Source: Aggregatilineales bacterium
GTDB taxonomy: Bacteria > Chloroflexota > Anaerolineae > Aggregatilineales > Phototrophicaceae
DNA: 32,000 bases
Assembly: GCA_040219275.1 (NCBI GenBank)
Contig: JAVJSU010000072.1
Span: 56,099 to 88,098 of the forward strand
Direction: 5' to 3'
The position numbers and the translations under genes are program-made. The notes beneath the pieces were generated by a model. That model saw only the letters and a program-made list of their open reading frames with translations. It made no database searches and was not told the origin of the DNA. Positions 18,137 to 27,648 of the stretch are shown piece by piece; position 1 is the stretch's first letter, and the number at the start of each line of letters is the position of its first letter.

Positions 18137-19756
18137 ATGAAACTAACCCGCGAAGATGCTTATGCCTTTCGCCGTATTATGACGAAAATGGATATACCTG
18201 ACGGACTAACACTTAGTCCCGTTACACGATTGTTGATTGATACTCTTGATCCAGTCAACAAAAAAGAGGGTTGGCAAACGCTCTACGATATGGTGATGCG
18301 TGATCAGTCTATTGTTGAACAGGTCATGTTCATTGATCCTAAAGCAGAACTACCAGAAGACTTGAAAGTCTGTGATGAATTGTATGTGCCGCCGTTGCCT
18401 AAAGCTGCTCAGCTTGATGAAAAACTTATCAAGTCTGCGGAAGGGGTAGGGCGCTTTCATCGTGACTGCACCAATTGGCTCAAGCAAAAATCACCTATGA
18501 CTCCGCATATTTTTCTGGAGTCTGCGCCGTTGTGGGCAGTTGGCTTAGCGATTGCTCGCCGAGCTGTATTGCGTTTGCCATTCAGTGATATTCATCCCAA
18601 TTTGTACATTCTGTGGTCAGCACCAACCACGTATTATCACAAAAGTACTGGCTTGAAGGCGATGACCCAACTGGTACGTAGTGTCTTGCCTCATCTATTG
18701 CTCGCGGAAACAACCACGCCTGAGATGTTGATGGCGAAACTCGCTGGGCAGAAGCCAACAAACTATGATCAGCTTCTCCCTAGCGAAAAGAAGCTGGAGG
18801 ATATGGGCAGCCGTTTTGCTGGACAGCGCGGTATGAGTATTGATGAAGCCAGCAAGATTCTTATCCCAAAGAAGTATATGGAAGGGCACTCTGAAGCACT
18901 AATGCAATTATTCGATGGGGGAGATCGCATGGAACGCGAGCTTCGAGGTGATGGCAAGCTCATCATCTACAATCCATCGTTGTCATTGATTGGTGCAACC
19001 ACGCCAACCATGCTTTCCCGGTATATGTCCGATACAGAGTGGGAAAGTGGGTTGATGGCACGTTTTATTGCATTAACACCCGCTGAAAAAGATATGCCTT
19101 TTGTCGTAAGTGATCCCTCGCCTGAACTTGATCGAATGACTGAAGGATTGAAGTCACGCCTGCACCGCATTCATAACGCCTTTCCCCAACCACCTGAATG
19201 GGAAGCTCTCTATAACTCGCAGGAATCAGTACAGTTGCCAAGCATTGACGTGTTACTTGAGCCAGAAGTCATGGCACGTTTCAACACTTATTCAAAAGCC
19301 ATGCATGAGTTAACTGATCCGCGTAATGGTTTGGATGAGCGTTTACGTGGTAACTATGGACGCTTGCCAGTGCTAACAGCAAAATTATCTCTCATCCTTA
19401 CCTTGATGGACTGGGCGGAGGATGGTGCAAAAGATGCACCGCGTATCACTTTAGCACATTGGGCAAGAGCGCAGATTCTCTCTGAAGAATATCGGGCATC
19501 AGCACATCGTTTGCTAGCGGAACTTAACGTCAGCCAGGATGTGAAAAATGAGCAGAAAATTTTAGATTTCCTTGCACGCGCTCAAAAAGATAAGCCACCA
19601 ACCAAACGAGAAATTCATCGAGGCACTGGTATCAAAAATCGTAAGGAAGCATATGCTGCTGTCGATGCTTTGGTTGAGTCAGGCGTAGTTGAATCTGTTG
19701 AGCGTAAATCTTCGCGAGGTAGGGGAGCTACAGCTTTTGTCATTAGTGAAGAATAA
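18137..19756 (+). CDS. DUF3987-like replication-associated protein
   Basis: 539 aa. NLYILWSAPTTYYHKSTGLKAM sits at the Walker A position; the pattern LSLIGATTPTMLSRYMSDTEWESGLMARFIALTPAEKDMP resembles DUF3987/DnaB-like proteins. Adjacent to a CHC2 primase-like gene. Confidence 0.6.
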   Translation: MKLTREDAYAFRRIMTKMDIPDGLTLSPVTRLLIDTLDPVNKKEGWQTLYDMVMRDQSIVEQVMFIDPKAELPEDLKVCDELYVPPLPKAAQLDEKLIKSAEGVGRFHRDCTNWLKQKSPMTPHIFLESAPLWAVGLAIARRAVLRLPFSDIHPNLYILWSAPTTYYHKSTGLKAMTQLVRSVLPHLLLAETTTPEMLMAKLAGQKPTNYDQLLPSEKKLEDMGSRFAGQRGMSIDEASKILIPKKYMEGHSEALMQLFDGGDRMERELRGDGKLIIYNPSLSLIGATTPTMLSRYMSDTEWESGLMARFIALTPAEKDMPFVVSDPSPELDRMTEGLKSRLHRIHNAFPQPPEWEALYNSQESVQLPSIDVLLEPEVMARFNTYSKAMHELTDPRNGLDERLRGNYGRLPVLTAKLSLILTLMDWAEDGAKDAPRITLAHWARAQILSEEYRASAHRLLAELNVSQDVKNEQKILDFLARAQKDKPPTKREIHRGTGIKNRKEAYAAVDALVESGVVESVERKSSRGRGATAFVISEE

Positions 19757-19790
19757 CGTAATTATGGCAGTGGATAAGTCAGATATAGGT

Positions 19791-19956
19791 AATTGTGTCA
19801 TTGTGGCAAATGGCATTTCCACTGCCGCATTTTTAACGGGTTTTTATAGGTCTAAAGAGTTCAAAATTTAGATGATTTTTCGATTATTTGACATAAAACG
19901 TCAAAAATCGATTAAAAATGTGTCATTTAATGTGGCAGTAAACTTGTTGCCATAAT
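19791..19956. repeat. copy 2 of the duplicated intergenic regulatory region
   Basis: See 15845-16010. This copy lies immediately upstream of the primase/dpd operon. Confidence 0.95.
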
Positions 19957-19971
19957 TATCTGAGGTGTCAA

Positions 19972-20979
19972 ATGATAGATGTTGAACGTATCAAAAATCG
20001 TGTTGACTGCCGTGATTTGATTGAGCGTGATCTGGGCAGACCGAAGTATCGGAACAACACACATAGTAAGTACAAATGTCCGCTTCATAATGAAGAGAAG
20101 GGCTACTCACTGGTTGTTTATGCCGATCACTGGAATTGTTTTGGCGCTTGTGGTCATGGTGGCGATGCCATTTCGTGGCTTCAGGAATATCATAGTATGT
20201 CATTTCAGGAAGCATGTGAACGACTTACATCAGGTGATCTACCGATTATCGATCAAGTTAACCGTTCACGACAACCCAAGATCGAGCCTATATCTGAACC
20301 GCCAGATTCTGGTTGGCAAAAGGCAGCACGCAAGATTGCCCAACAAGCAATGGATACGTTGTGGGGTAAGGAAGGTAAACGTGCCTGGCGTTATCTGGAA
20401 GAAGAACGTGGCTTAACCGAAGATACTATCGTTGCGGCTGGTCTGGGATACATTCCGGGTGACTATCGTGAATGGAAAACAATAGAAGGATTGAATGTCC
20501 CGTGCGGAATTACGATTCCATGGTTCGCATCAGGAGCGATTTGGGGTATCAAAGTTCGTCGTGCTACGGGTGAGCAACGCTACCATCAGGTTGGTGGCGG
20601 AAATCTCAAAGGTGGACTCTATTTAGCGGATTCCATCGAACCCGGTTTGGCAATCCTAATCACAGAAGGGGAGTTCGACGCACTAATCGCAAAACAGACT
20701 GGTGCAGGGCTGATCGCCTCAACAGCTATCGGAAGTGCGGCGAATAAACGTATCAATTCACGCTGGTTTCCAAAGTTTATCACTGCACCGAGTATCTTCA
20801 TCCGGATGGATGATGATCATGCGGGGCAGGGGGCTTCAGAAAAAATTGCGGGTTTATCACAGGCGACACAATGTATACAGGTTCCGCAAGGTAAAGATGT
20901 GAATGATTTTTACATACTTGCAGGACACGATGCCGTACATAATTGGATCATTGAGCTTATCGGAGATAATGAGAAATGA
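19972..20979 (+). CDS. DnaG-like primase with CHC2 zinc finger and Toprim domain
   Basis: YKCPLHNEEKGYSLVVYADHWNCFGACGHGGDAISWLQ is a CHC2-type finger. Toprim motifs are ILITEGEFDALIAKQTG and FIRMDDDHAGQGASEKI. Confidence 0.85.
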   Translation: MIDVERIKNRVDCRDLIERDLGRPKYRNNTHSKYKCPLHNEEKGYSLVVYADHWNCFGACGHGGDAISWLQEYHSMSFQEACERLTSGDLPIIDQVNRSRQPKIEPISEPPDSGWQKAARKIAQQAMDTLWGKEGKRAWRYLEEERGLTEDTIVAAGLGYIPGDYREWKTIEGLNVPCGITIPWFASGAIWGIKVRRATGEQRYHQVGGGNLKGGLYLADSIEPGLAILITEGEFDALIAKQTGAGLIASTAIGSAANKRINSRWFPKFITAPSIFIRMDDDHAGQGASEKIAGLSQATQCIQVPQGKDVNDFYILAGHDAVHNWIIELIGDNEK

Positions 20980-21431
20980 TGAAAATCTATGACCATGAAT
21001 TAACAAATCGTCAAATTGAAATTTTGTCCTTTATCTATGATTACCAGACGGATTATGGTTTTGTTCCCAGCATCCGTGAAATTTGTGAAGCTACTGGCAT
21101 CCGCTCGACATCAGCAGTAAGCTACCAGATCAATCGTCTTGTGAGATCAGGATACATCAATAAGGTGGGTGAAGTATCACGTGGCATGATTCTAATGGCG
21201 CCTGCCTATGATGTGATAGGGAAACAAGCTCCTCATGAATGTGATCTCTCAGTATTGCGTTCTGAACTGTTTGCGCTTCGTTTAGAGAATCGGCGTATTC
21301 GGGAACAATATGAGACTCGTGTCAAAAATCTGGAACATGAGCGCAATCAGCTTTCACAGACACTGGCGATGCTGAAGTATCGGGTTATCAAGCAACTTGA
21401 GGGTGTTTTTGAGGAAGAGTTGGCATCATGA
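20976..21431 (+). CDS. LexA-type winged-helix DNA-binding protein lacking an S24 peptidase domain
   Basis: LTNRQIEILSFIYDYQTDYGFVPSIREICEATGIRSTSAVSYQINRLVRSGYI matches the LexA DNA-binding domain. The C-terminus is coiled coil instead of the serine/lysine protease domain. ATGA overlap with the primase stop. Confidence 0.8.
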   Translation: MMKIYDHELTNRQIEILSFIYDYQTDYGFVPSIREICEATGIRSTSAVSYQINRLVRSGYINKVGEVSRGMILMAPAYDVIGKQAPHECDLSVLRSELFALRLENRRIREQYETRVKNLEHERNQLSQTLAMLKYRVIKQLEGVFEEELAS

Positions 21432-21535
21432 ATAGATTTCAAGCTCATCTTCGCTCAATGGACAATTTAATATATACTGTTAGATATTGGTTAGAAATAG
21501 CTAGACGAGATTTTTCTTTTTTTAGATTGGTGTAA
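21428..21535 (+). CDS. small translationally coupled ORF between LexA-like and dpdA-like genes
   Basis: ATGA overlap with the previous stop encodes MNRFQAHLRSMDNLIYTVRYWLEIARRDFSFFRLV (35 aa), ending 3 nt before the dpdA-like start. Too short for the supplied ORF track. Confidence 0.35.
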   Translation: MNRFQAHLRSMDNLIYTVRYWLEIARRDFSFFRLV

Positions 21536-21538
21536 ATT

Positions 21539-23458
21539 ATGCTCCCAAGATTCACAGTTAGCGAAAAATCTCGCAGAGGCCGTTTAGGTTCATTTGAATT
21601 TCAAAATGGTATTAAAAGTATATCTACTCCATTTATGTTTCCTGTTGCATCTACTGTTACAGGAACAACAGCTAATGGTGGTGGCATTTGGCGTTACGTT
21701 CTACAAGCGTATCCTGAAACGTACGACGAAGATGCAAGCGAGCTAAAAAGCCAGTCTCTCATGCGTCGAGGGACTCCGATTCTCTCACAGGTGTTACAAT
21801 TCTTAGATTATGGTGTTAGTCCGTCCAAGGTACAGTATTGGCGGGATGAGTCCATTCGCAAAATGTATAATGATGCACACACCATGGATTACCGTGCGCC
21901 AATTTTTCTGGATTCTGGAGGATTCAAGCTTATGTGGCGCGAAGGACTGGATCTCGATGCCTATGGTATTGATCTCAGTAAGTCCGCTGAAGCTCGGAGT
22001 ATTTCACAGCTTCAGTACGATCTGGGTGCAGACATCATCGCCAGTTTGGATTATCCAATTCCACCTAATCTCGCACCTGCTGAGGCTCGTGAGAGGATGA
22101 AACGTAGCCGAATGAATGCCATCCGAGTAGCTCGTGACTTACGCGACAAGAGGTTTCCCGGCTGGCGTCCGTTCTTTTACATGCCTGTTCACGGGTTGTC
22201 ACCTGAATCCATTACCTATTATATTGAACAATTATTTGGGCGTATAAGATACTATGATCTCGAAGGTGAGCCATTGGGTATTGCTATCGGTTCATTGGTA
22301 CCGTTGCGATTTTCACGTACCAACTTGTATAAGATTATCGAAATTGTTAATGCGGCTGTAAACGCTATACCAGAGCGCTTAAGAGATCAAATTCCTGTTC
22401 ACGTTTTCGGCGTAACAGGTACAGTGCTTCCTTACCTTGCATACTGCGGTGTGGATACATTTGATTCCAGTACATATGTTAAGGAGGCAATTAATCTCAA
22501 GTATATGGACCCTGACACGCGCGCGGGTCATGCCGTGTTAGAGATGACAGAGGATAGCTTTCATTGCCAGTGCGACATTTGTCGGTACCTGAATCTGCGT
22601 GAGGTTCAGGTCGCATTAGCAACGGATAGTAAGGGTAAACCGTTGCCACCACACAATCATCATAAAAGCAAATACTATGCTGATATTGCGTTGCACAATT
22701 TGGAACAAGACATTCAAATTGTCAGGGAGACTAGGGATGCAATTAACCAGGATTGTATGAACGAGTACATCATTCAGATGACAGAGCGCTTTCCCCGAAT
22801 GCGATATGCGCTCGATGCTCTCTGCCAAATCGATGATAGTCTCAAAGGACAAGTATCACGGGTACTACAACCGATCGAAAAACCTCTCAAAAAGACAAGC
22901 CCGAAGATCTACCAAACGTTTACACACACGGCTGACGACTTCGATCTTGCGCGAATGAATGGTAACCTTAGTGCAATTCTCACACCACCGCGCATCGCAC
23001 TTTTATTGCCATGCTCAGCCGATAAACCGTATTCCACCTCCCGAACCCACAGTTATGTGGAGCGGTACTTAGAGGAGTATTTCCCAGAGCAAAGAAACCG
23101 CATTCATAAGGTATCTTTATCAGGCTTATATGGTCCAGTTCCCGAAGATTATGAGTCCTATGAACCAATACTCAATTACAACTATCGACTTACTCCTGAA
23201 AATCAAGCACAGATCAAGTTGGTGTCCAAACGGCTCTTAGATTACTTGGAAGCATACCGGACAGGCTACACACATTATGTTGCCTATGCTACCAGCAAGG
23301 CTTATCGTATTGTCTTTGAACGGGTAGCTGAGGACTTTAAAGAGCTTACTGTATTGCCATCAGCACCAAAGTCGCGTCGACTAACAGAATTCTTTAGGGC
23401 TACGAATATCCAAGAGCTTGTACAATTTATAGACATAGCTCTTAATACTGATCTTTAG
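21539..23458 (+). CDS. dpdA: DpdA-like 7-deazaguanine DNA transglycosylase (TGT superfamily) with ArcS-like C-terminal domain
   Basis: TGT-type APIFLDSGGFKLM, ADIIASLDYPIPPN, FMPVHGLSPESITYYIEQLF and zinc ligands CQCDIC...H. C-terminal LLPCSADKPYSTSRTHSY matches the ArcS signature. Neighbouring genes encode DpdJ/DpdK-like proteins, QueC and YhhQ. Confidence 0.85.
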   Translation: MLPRFTVSEKSRRGRLGSFEFQNGIKSISTPFMFPVASTVTGTTANGGGIWRYVLQAYPETYDEDASELKSQSLMRRGTPILSQVLQFLDYGVSPSKVQYWRDESIRKMYNDAHTMDYRAPIFLDSGGFKLMWREGLDLDAYGIDLSKSAEARSISQLQYDLGADIIASLDYPIPPNLAPAEARERMKRSRMNAIRVARDLRDKRFPGWRPFFYMPVHGLSPESITYYIEQLFGRIRYYDLEGEPLGIAIGSLVPLRFSRTNLYKIIEIVNAAVNAIPERLRDQIPVHVFGVTGTVLPYLAYCGVDTFDSSTYVKEAINLKYMDPDTRAGHAVLEMTEDSFHCQCDICRYLNLREVQVALATDSKGKPLPPHNHHKSKYYADIALHNLEQDIQIVRETRDAINQDCMNEYIIQMTERFPRMRYALDALCQIDDSLKGQVSRVLQPIEKPLKKTSPKIYQTFTHTADDFDLARMNGNLSAILTPPRIALLLPCSADKPYSTSRTHSYVERYLEEYFPEQRNRIHKVSLSGLYGPVPEDYESYEPILNYNYRLTPENQAQIKLVSKRLLDYLEAYRTGYTHYVAYATSKAYRIVFERVAEDFKELTVLPSAPKSRRLTEFFRATNIQELVQFIDIALNTDL

Positions 23459-23481
23459 TTTTTATTGCGAGGAAATTATTA

Positions 23482-26400
23482 ATGTGGGCCAATCTACATC
23501 ACATCCTTTCTCAGATGTTCCATGAACTCAATGACGGGCAACCCCTCGAATCTCCCCAAAAACTATGGCAGAGATATCAACATGAGATACGTGCAATTCT
23601 TGATAATCCAGATGTTGATGACGAAGCTGTTATGGCTGTTAAACGTCATCTAGTTGAGATTGGCCCTGATATTTGGATTCCACAATCTTATGAGGCGGTC
23701 AGGGTATTGCAACAGTTGAAGCAACGTTTTTCCGCCGATGCAGAAGACCCTAATCCCCTCGTCGCGCAGCTTCGAGTTGAGGCACTAATTAGACGGCGGC
23801 CTGTTCGTGATATCCTGAGATCGAGCCTTGAAGAAGGGAAAATATCCCGAATTCTGGCGGATATTGGTCAGAAACACAAATATTCTCGTTTTCAAGTTGA
23901 TGGTTGGCGTCGAATACTCGAAGCTATAGGTGTACTCAAACATGACAATGCCCCTGAAAGTGTGGTGGTGGTGGCCCCGACAGGTTCAGGTAAAACTGAG
24001 GTCTTTCTCTTACCGGTTATTTATCACATTGCGAGTAAGCTCAACTCCAATGATGTGCCACGTTACATTATGATCTATCCACGTGTAGAGTTGCTGAAAG
24101 ATCAAGTTTCACGCAATCTAAAGTATGCTTATCGGGCCGAACAGCAATTTACTGATGGTCAGCAGTCAACATTCAATGGGCATCGGCAGGCCAAACACCC
24201 CTTTGTCGTTGGTATTCAATTTGGTGGTGTGAGATCCACTTATCAAGGGACCTTCAAAGAGAGAAGCCTGTTCGATGAGCAGAAGTATTTTCTTTTAGTA
24301 CCAACCTGTCCCATTTGTGAAGATAACATGCGTGAAGGCAATGAACAATGTGGAAGGTTGAAAGCAGGGCGTGCTAATGGGAGAGTAATTCCTTTGGAGT
24401 GTGACAATCTGAGTTGCGGTGCTGTCTTCCACGTCACTATTGGGAAAAACGATCATGCTGAAGCCCGAATTAAGCCGCACATACTTGTTACAACCATGGA
24501 ATCACTAGATAGACTGTATCTCAATCCCAAATTAGAGAGTTACATTCGCAACATTCAGGGCATCCTTCTTGATGAAGTTCACCTGTTTCACTCCCTATAT
24601 GGTGCACATATCTATAACCTTATTCGCAGAATTGAAGCTTTTCAAGAACATGGACAACCTTTGTCAAAGATTGCAGCGTCGGCAACAGTCTCTAACCCTG
24701 GACGCTTTATATCACGACTATTTTATGGCGTAGATGAGGACTCGCGTGTTGAAGTTCTGGACGCTGAACACTCTCATTACGATTTGGAGGATGCAGGTCT
24801 CGAAACTGTAGTGTTTCTACAAACTACGGAAACAGAAAGCTTTTCGCGAACGCAATCTACTCTGCTCCAGACAATCATGGCTGTTGGACACAGTGTATTG
24901 GGTGCTGATGAGCGGGCAATTGTATTTACAGAGTCTATCGATCATGCTAATCGAACCTACAGGCAACTTCTTGATGAGGAAAACGAAAAACGTTTGTGGC
25001 AGTTCCGAATGGCAGTGAATGATATTAAGTACAACGATGCAACTTGTCCAGCGACAAGCCCATTGGAATGCGACCATATCTATGCTAAAGGCGAATGCTG
25101 GCGTGCAATCCGTGGTGGTGTGCAATGTCATACGAACCTCATTGAGCCGTTTATAATTAATCGACCACTCAATGTCGATGTCATCACTTCGCAAGATCGT
25201 GGCAACTATTGGGATCCGGATGTGATCGTCGCAACTCCCGTACTTGAGGTCGGTGTTGATGATGAACGATTCAAAGCAACCATTCACTATCGTCCGCCTC
25301 AGTCCGTTTTTTCGTTCCTACAGCGCAGAGGCCGCGCTGGTCGTAGTGCAGGTGACACTGCCTATAGCATACTTGTTTTGGGACGTACACCGTCAGATGA
25401 GTTTTATTTCCGTCGCCGCAATCGCCTGATGGATCCAGGTAACTTCGAGTTACCACTCAATCCACGCAATGTTATCATCCAGAGTATGCATGATCAACTC
25501 GAGATTGAACGTGAAACAATTGGAACATATGTCAATCAGATGGGTAATCTTTCGAAGGCGATATTCCGATGGATGATAGAGAAGTATCTACGATGCCAAA
25601 CTTTATCACGGGTATTTGGAGAGAAACTCACTGAACTGCAAAATTCTGTTTTGCGCCAAGACAGTGATCATCAAACCTTGCAACAGGATTTTACGCAGTG
25701 GATCCGTGATCAGCATGATCGTTTCAAACGTCATTTGGATCTTGATCTCTTGCTTGATGAATTGACTTCACGAGTGCCTGTTGATCAACGTGGCAATGTC
25801 ACAAGATTTAGCGAAATGATATATGCCTACCGAAACAAAGAAGGAGTAGATATCGAAGAGATTAAACAACTCGGCAAACAAATTGCTATGGCGCTAGAAA
25901 GCATAATTTTCGACACTGAAGAAGAACTCGAGCAAGAGAAATATAAGCTACTACAGAATCTCATAAGAAAAATTACAAAAGACCATCAATCCATTGAACA
26001 GCTTGATATTGAGGCTGACCAGCGTCTTATCTCAGCACTCTATGACTACTTCAATTTACTTAAAGCACGCATTGTTGATGAGCGCTATCCGGGCACACTA
26101 AATCGAGCCGAAGATATGGTGAAGATAGTTTTACAGTCTCTCTTCTATATTGGTAATGCGTGTTTGTCACGACATTCTCATTGCGAGTCATGTACTCGTT
26201 ATTTTGTGCCAGATGCATATTTTCAGGAAGTTAAGCCAATTATTGTTGAGACATGGACAAACCGTGGCAAGAATCTTCAGGCTGAAATTCACGTAGAAGA
26301 TACAACAAAACTAGCCAACATGCTGTTGCCTTATAAAACATTCTACAGGTATTTCAGCGATCAAGATGCAATGGCTGTTTTGCGTACTACAACCAGTGCA

Positions 26401-27648
26401 GACTGGGTTTCACACGTCCGAAATCAGACCATAGTTCGTCTTGAACCAGGTATTGTCGGCGTACAGCGTAAAGTTTCTGATGAAATTACCGGCATTGAAC
26501 CCAACAAGATACATGTTGTTCCAATCCGACCTGATAAAGAAGGGCAGGGTGTGGTTGGTTTATGCCTCAATTGTTATGCTTTGCACCGTGCAAGTTACAA
26601 CGGTACATGTAGTACATGCGGCAATACTGAGATTACGAAGGTTCGCTTACGCTCTGAAGCAATTGTTCGGAGACAGGCTCTTTTCAAAAATGCGCTTCAA
26701 ATCTCGGATACTTTCTGGTATTGCCATGATCTTACAGGACATGTTCAGATTGATGGTGCTAATGTCCGTTATATTCGACAATGGTTTGATGGAGAGCAGT
26801 TCAAGAGTGTTGGAGGAGATCCTCAAGAATTTACGGCACTATATTATCGTAATGGTGAGGTTCCCTATCCCATTGTCTACGATCTTGTTACGCATGGCAT
26901 TGCTTGGGATTTGAGCAATGTTATTAGCCATATTTTGGGTGATGAGCAACTTCGAGAGACGATTTCACATTATCCGGATAAGAACTTTGATGCTGAGTTA
27001 ATCTTGCATACCGCATCTCATATGCTTCACAAAGCAATTGCCTCAATCAGTGGTGTGAACGACATTACACTTGAGTATGCTATTCAACGCAGTGGTATTG
27101 ATGGACGCGAGCGTGCGATGGTGGTGGTGTGGGAGCGCTACGAAGGTGGTGTAGGTATTTCCGAGATTATTCGAGACACACTGCAAGAAGATCCAATCTT
27201 ATTCTATCGAGAGCTACTCGCATCAGCACTTTGCCCAGTCTTTTATGCTGAGGACACTCAGTGGCCGGGCACCGATGAAAGTCTAAGACGGATTCTTTCA
27301 GAAAGATGGGCACTCGATGGCGAAGATATTCTAATCGATGGGATTATCCGCGAAGTAAAAGCCGAACGTGGTGCAATAGTAGCGCGGCAAGCGGAAGCAT
27401 CTCAAGCATGTAGTGAAGATGATGGTTGCCCTGCCTGTGTCCATGTTACAGTTTGCACTGAGCATATTGAACAGCCCCATAAGGTCAGCCGTTTTGTCGC
27501 AGAAGCCATTATGGATTATTTCCGCCTAACTGTGGATAACACTCGACTCGAGGCGATGAATCGGTATCGTAGAGAGACTCACGGAAGTGAAGCATTCCAA
27601 CTAAGACATAACCTTGAAGAGGATGTGTACGACATTGTGCGCTTTTAG
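23482..27648 (+). CDS. dpdJ: DpdJ-like superfamily 2 helicase with C-terminal DUF1998-type cysteine cluster
   Basis: 1388 aa. Motif I APTGSGKTEV, motif II LDEVH, motif VI QRRGRAGRS, several cysteine pairs (CPTCPICEDN, CESCTRYF, CLNCYALHRASYNGTCSTCG) and terminal DDGCPACVHVTVC. Sits directly between dpdA-like and PLD genes. Confidence 0.78.
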   Translation: MWANLHHILSQMFHELNDGQPLESPQKLWQRYQHEIRAILDNPDVDDEAVMAVKRHLVEIGPDIWIPQSYEAVRVLQQLKQRFSADAEDPNPLVAQLRVEALIRRRPVRDILRSSLEEGKISRILADIGQKHKYSRFQVDGWRRILEAIGVLKHDNAPESVVVVAPTGSGKTEVFLLPVIYHIASKLNSNDVPRYIMIYPRVELLKDQVSRNLKYAYRAEQQFTDGQQSTFNGHRQAKHPFVVGIQFGGVRSTYQGTFKERSLFDEQKYFLLVPTCPICEDNMREGNEQCGRLKAGRANGRVIPLECDNLSCGAVFHVTIGKNDHAEARIKPHILVTTMESLDRLYLNPKLESYIRNIQGILLDEVHLFHSLYGAHIYNLIRRIEAFQEHGQPLSKIAASATVSNPGRFISRLFYGVDEDSRVEVLDAEHSHYDLEDAGLETVVFLQTTETESFSRTQSTLLQTIMAVGHSVLGADERAIVFTESIDHANRTYRQLLDEENEKRLWQFRMAVNDIKYNDATCPATSPLECDHIYAKGECWRAIRGGVQCHTNLIEPFIINRPLNVDVITSQDRGNYWDPDVIVATPVLEVGVDDERFKATIHYRPPQSVFSFLQRRGRAGRSAGDTAYSILVLGRTPSDEFYFRRRNRLMDPGNFELPLNPRNVIIQSMHDQLEIERETIGTYVNQMGNLSKAIFRWMIEKYLRCQTLSRVFGEKLTELQNSVLRQDSDHQTLQQDFTQWIRDQHDRFKRHLDLDLLLDELTSRVPVDQRGNVTRFSEMIYAYRNKEGVDIEEIKQLGKQIAMALESIIFDTEEELEQEKYKLLQNLIRKITKDHQSIEQLDIEADQRLISALYDYFNLLKARIVDERYPGTLNRAEDMVKIVLQSLFYIGNACLSRHSHCESCTRYFVPDAYFQEVKPIIVETWTNRGKNLQAEIHVEDTTKLANMLLPYKTFYRYFSDQDAMAVLRTTTSADWVSHVRNQTIVRLEPGIVGVQRKVSDEITGIEPNKIHVVPIRPDKEGQGVVGLCLNCYALHRASYNGTCSTCGNTEITKVRLRSEAIVRRQALFKNALQISDTFWYCHDLTGHVQIDGANVRYIRQWFDGEQFKSVGGDPQEFTALYYRNGEVPYPIVYDLVTHGIAWDLSNVISHILGDEQLRETISHYPDKNFDAELILHTASHMLHKAIASISGVNDITLEYAIQRSGIDGRERAMVVVWERYEGGVGISEIIRDTLQEDPILFYRELLASALCPVFYAEDTQWPGTDESLRRILSERWALDGEDILIDGIIREVKAERGAIVARQAEASQACSEDDGCPACVHVTVCTEHIEQPHKVSRFVAEAIMDYFRLTVDNTRLEAMNRYRRETHGSEAFQLRHNLEEDVYDIVRF

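Noticed and set aside
20976-21431. Annotation as full LexA SOS repressor
   Set aside because: Only the N-terminal DNA-binding domain is similar; there is no S24 peptidase cleavage or catalytic region.
24817-25287. 156-aa minus-strand ORF inside the DpdJ-like helicase gene
   Set aside because: It is fully antisense to a strongly supported 1388-aa helicase ORF and has no domain-like sequence.
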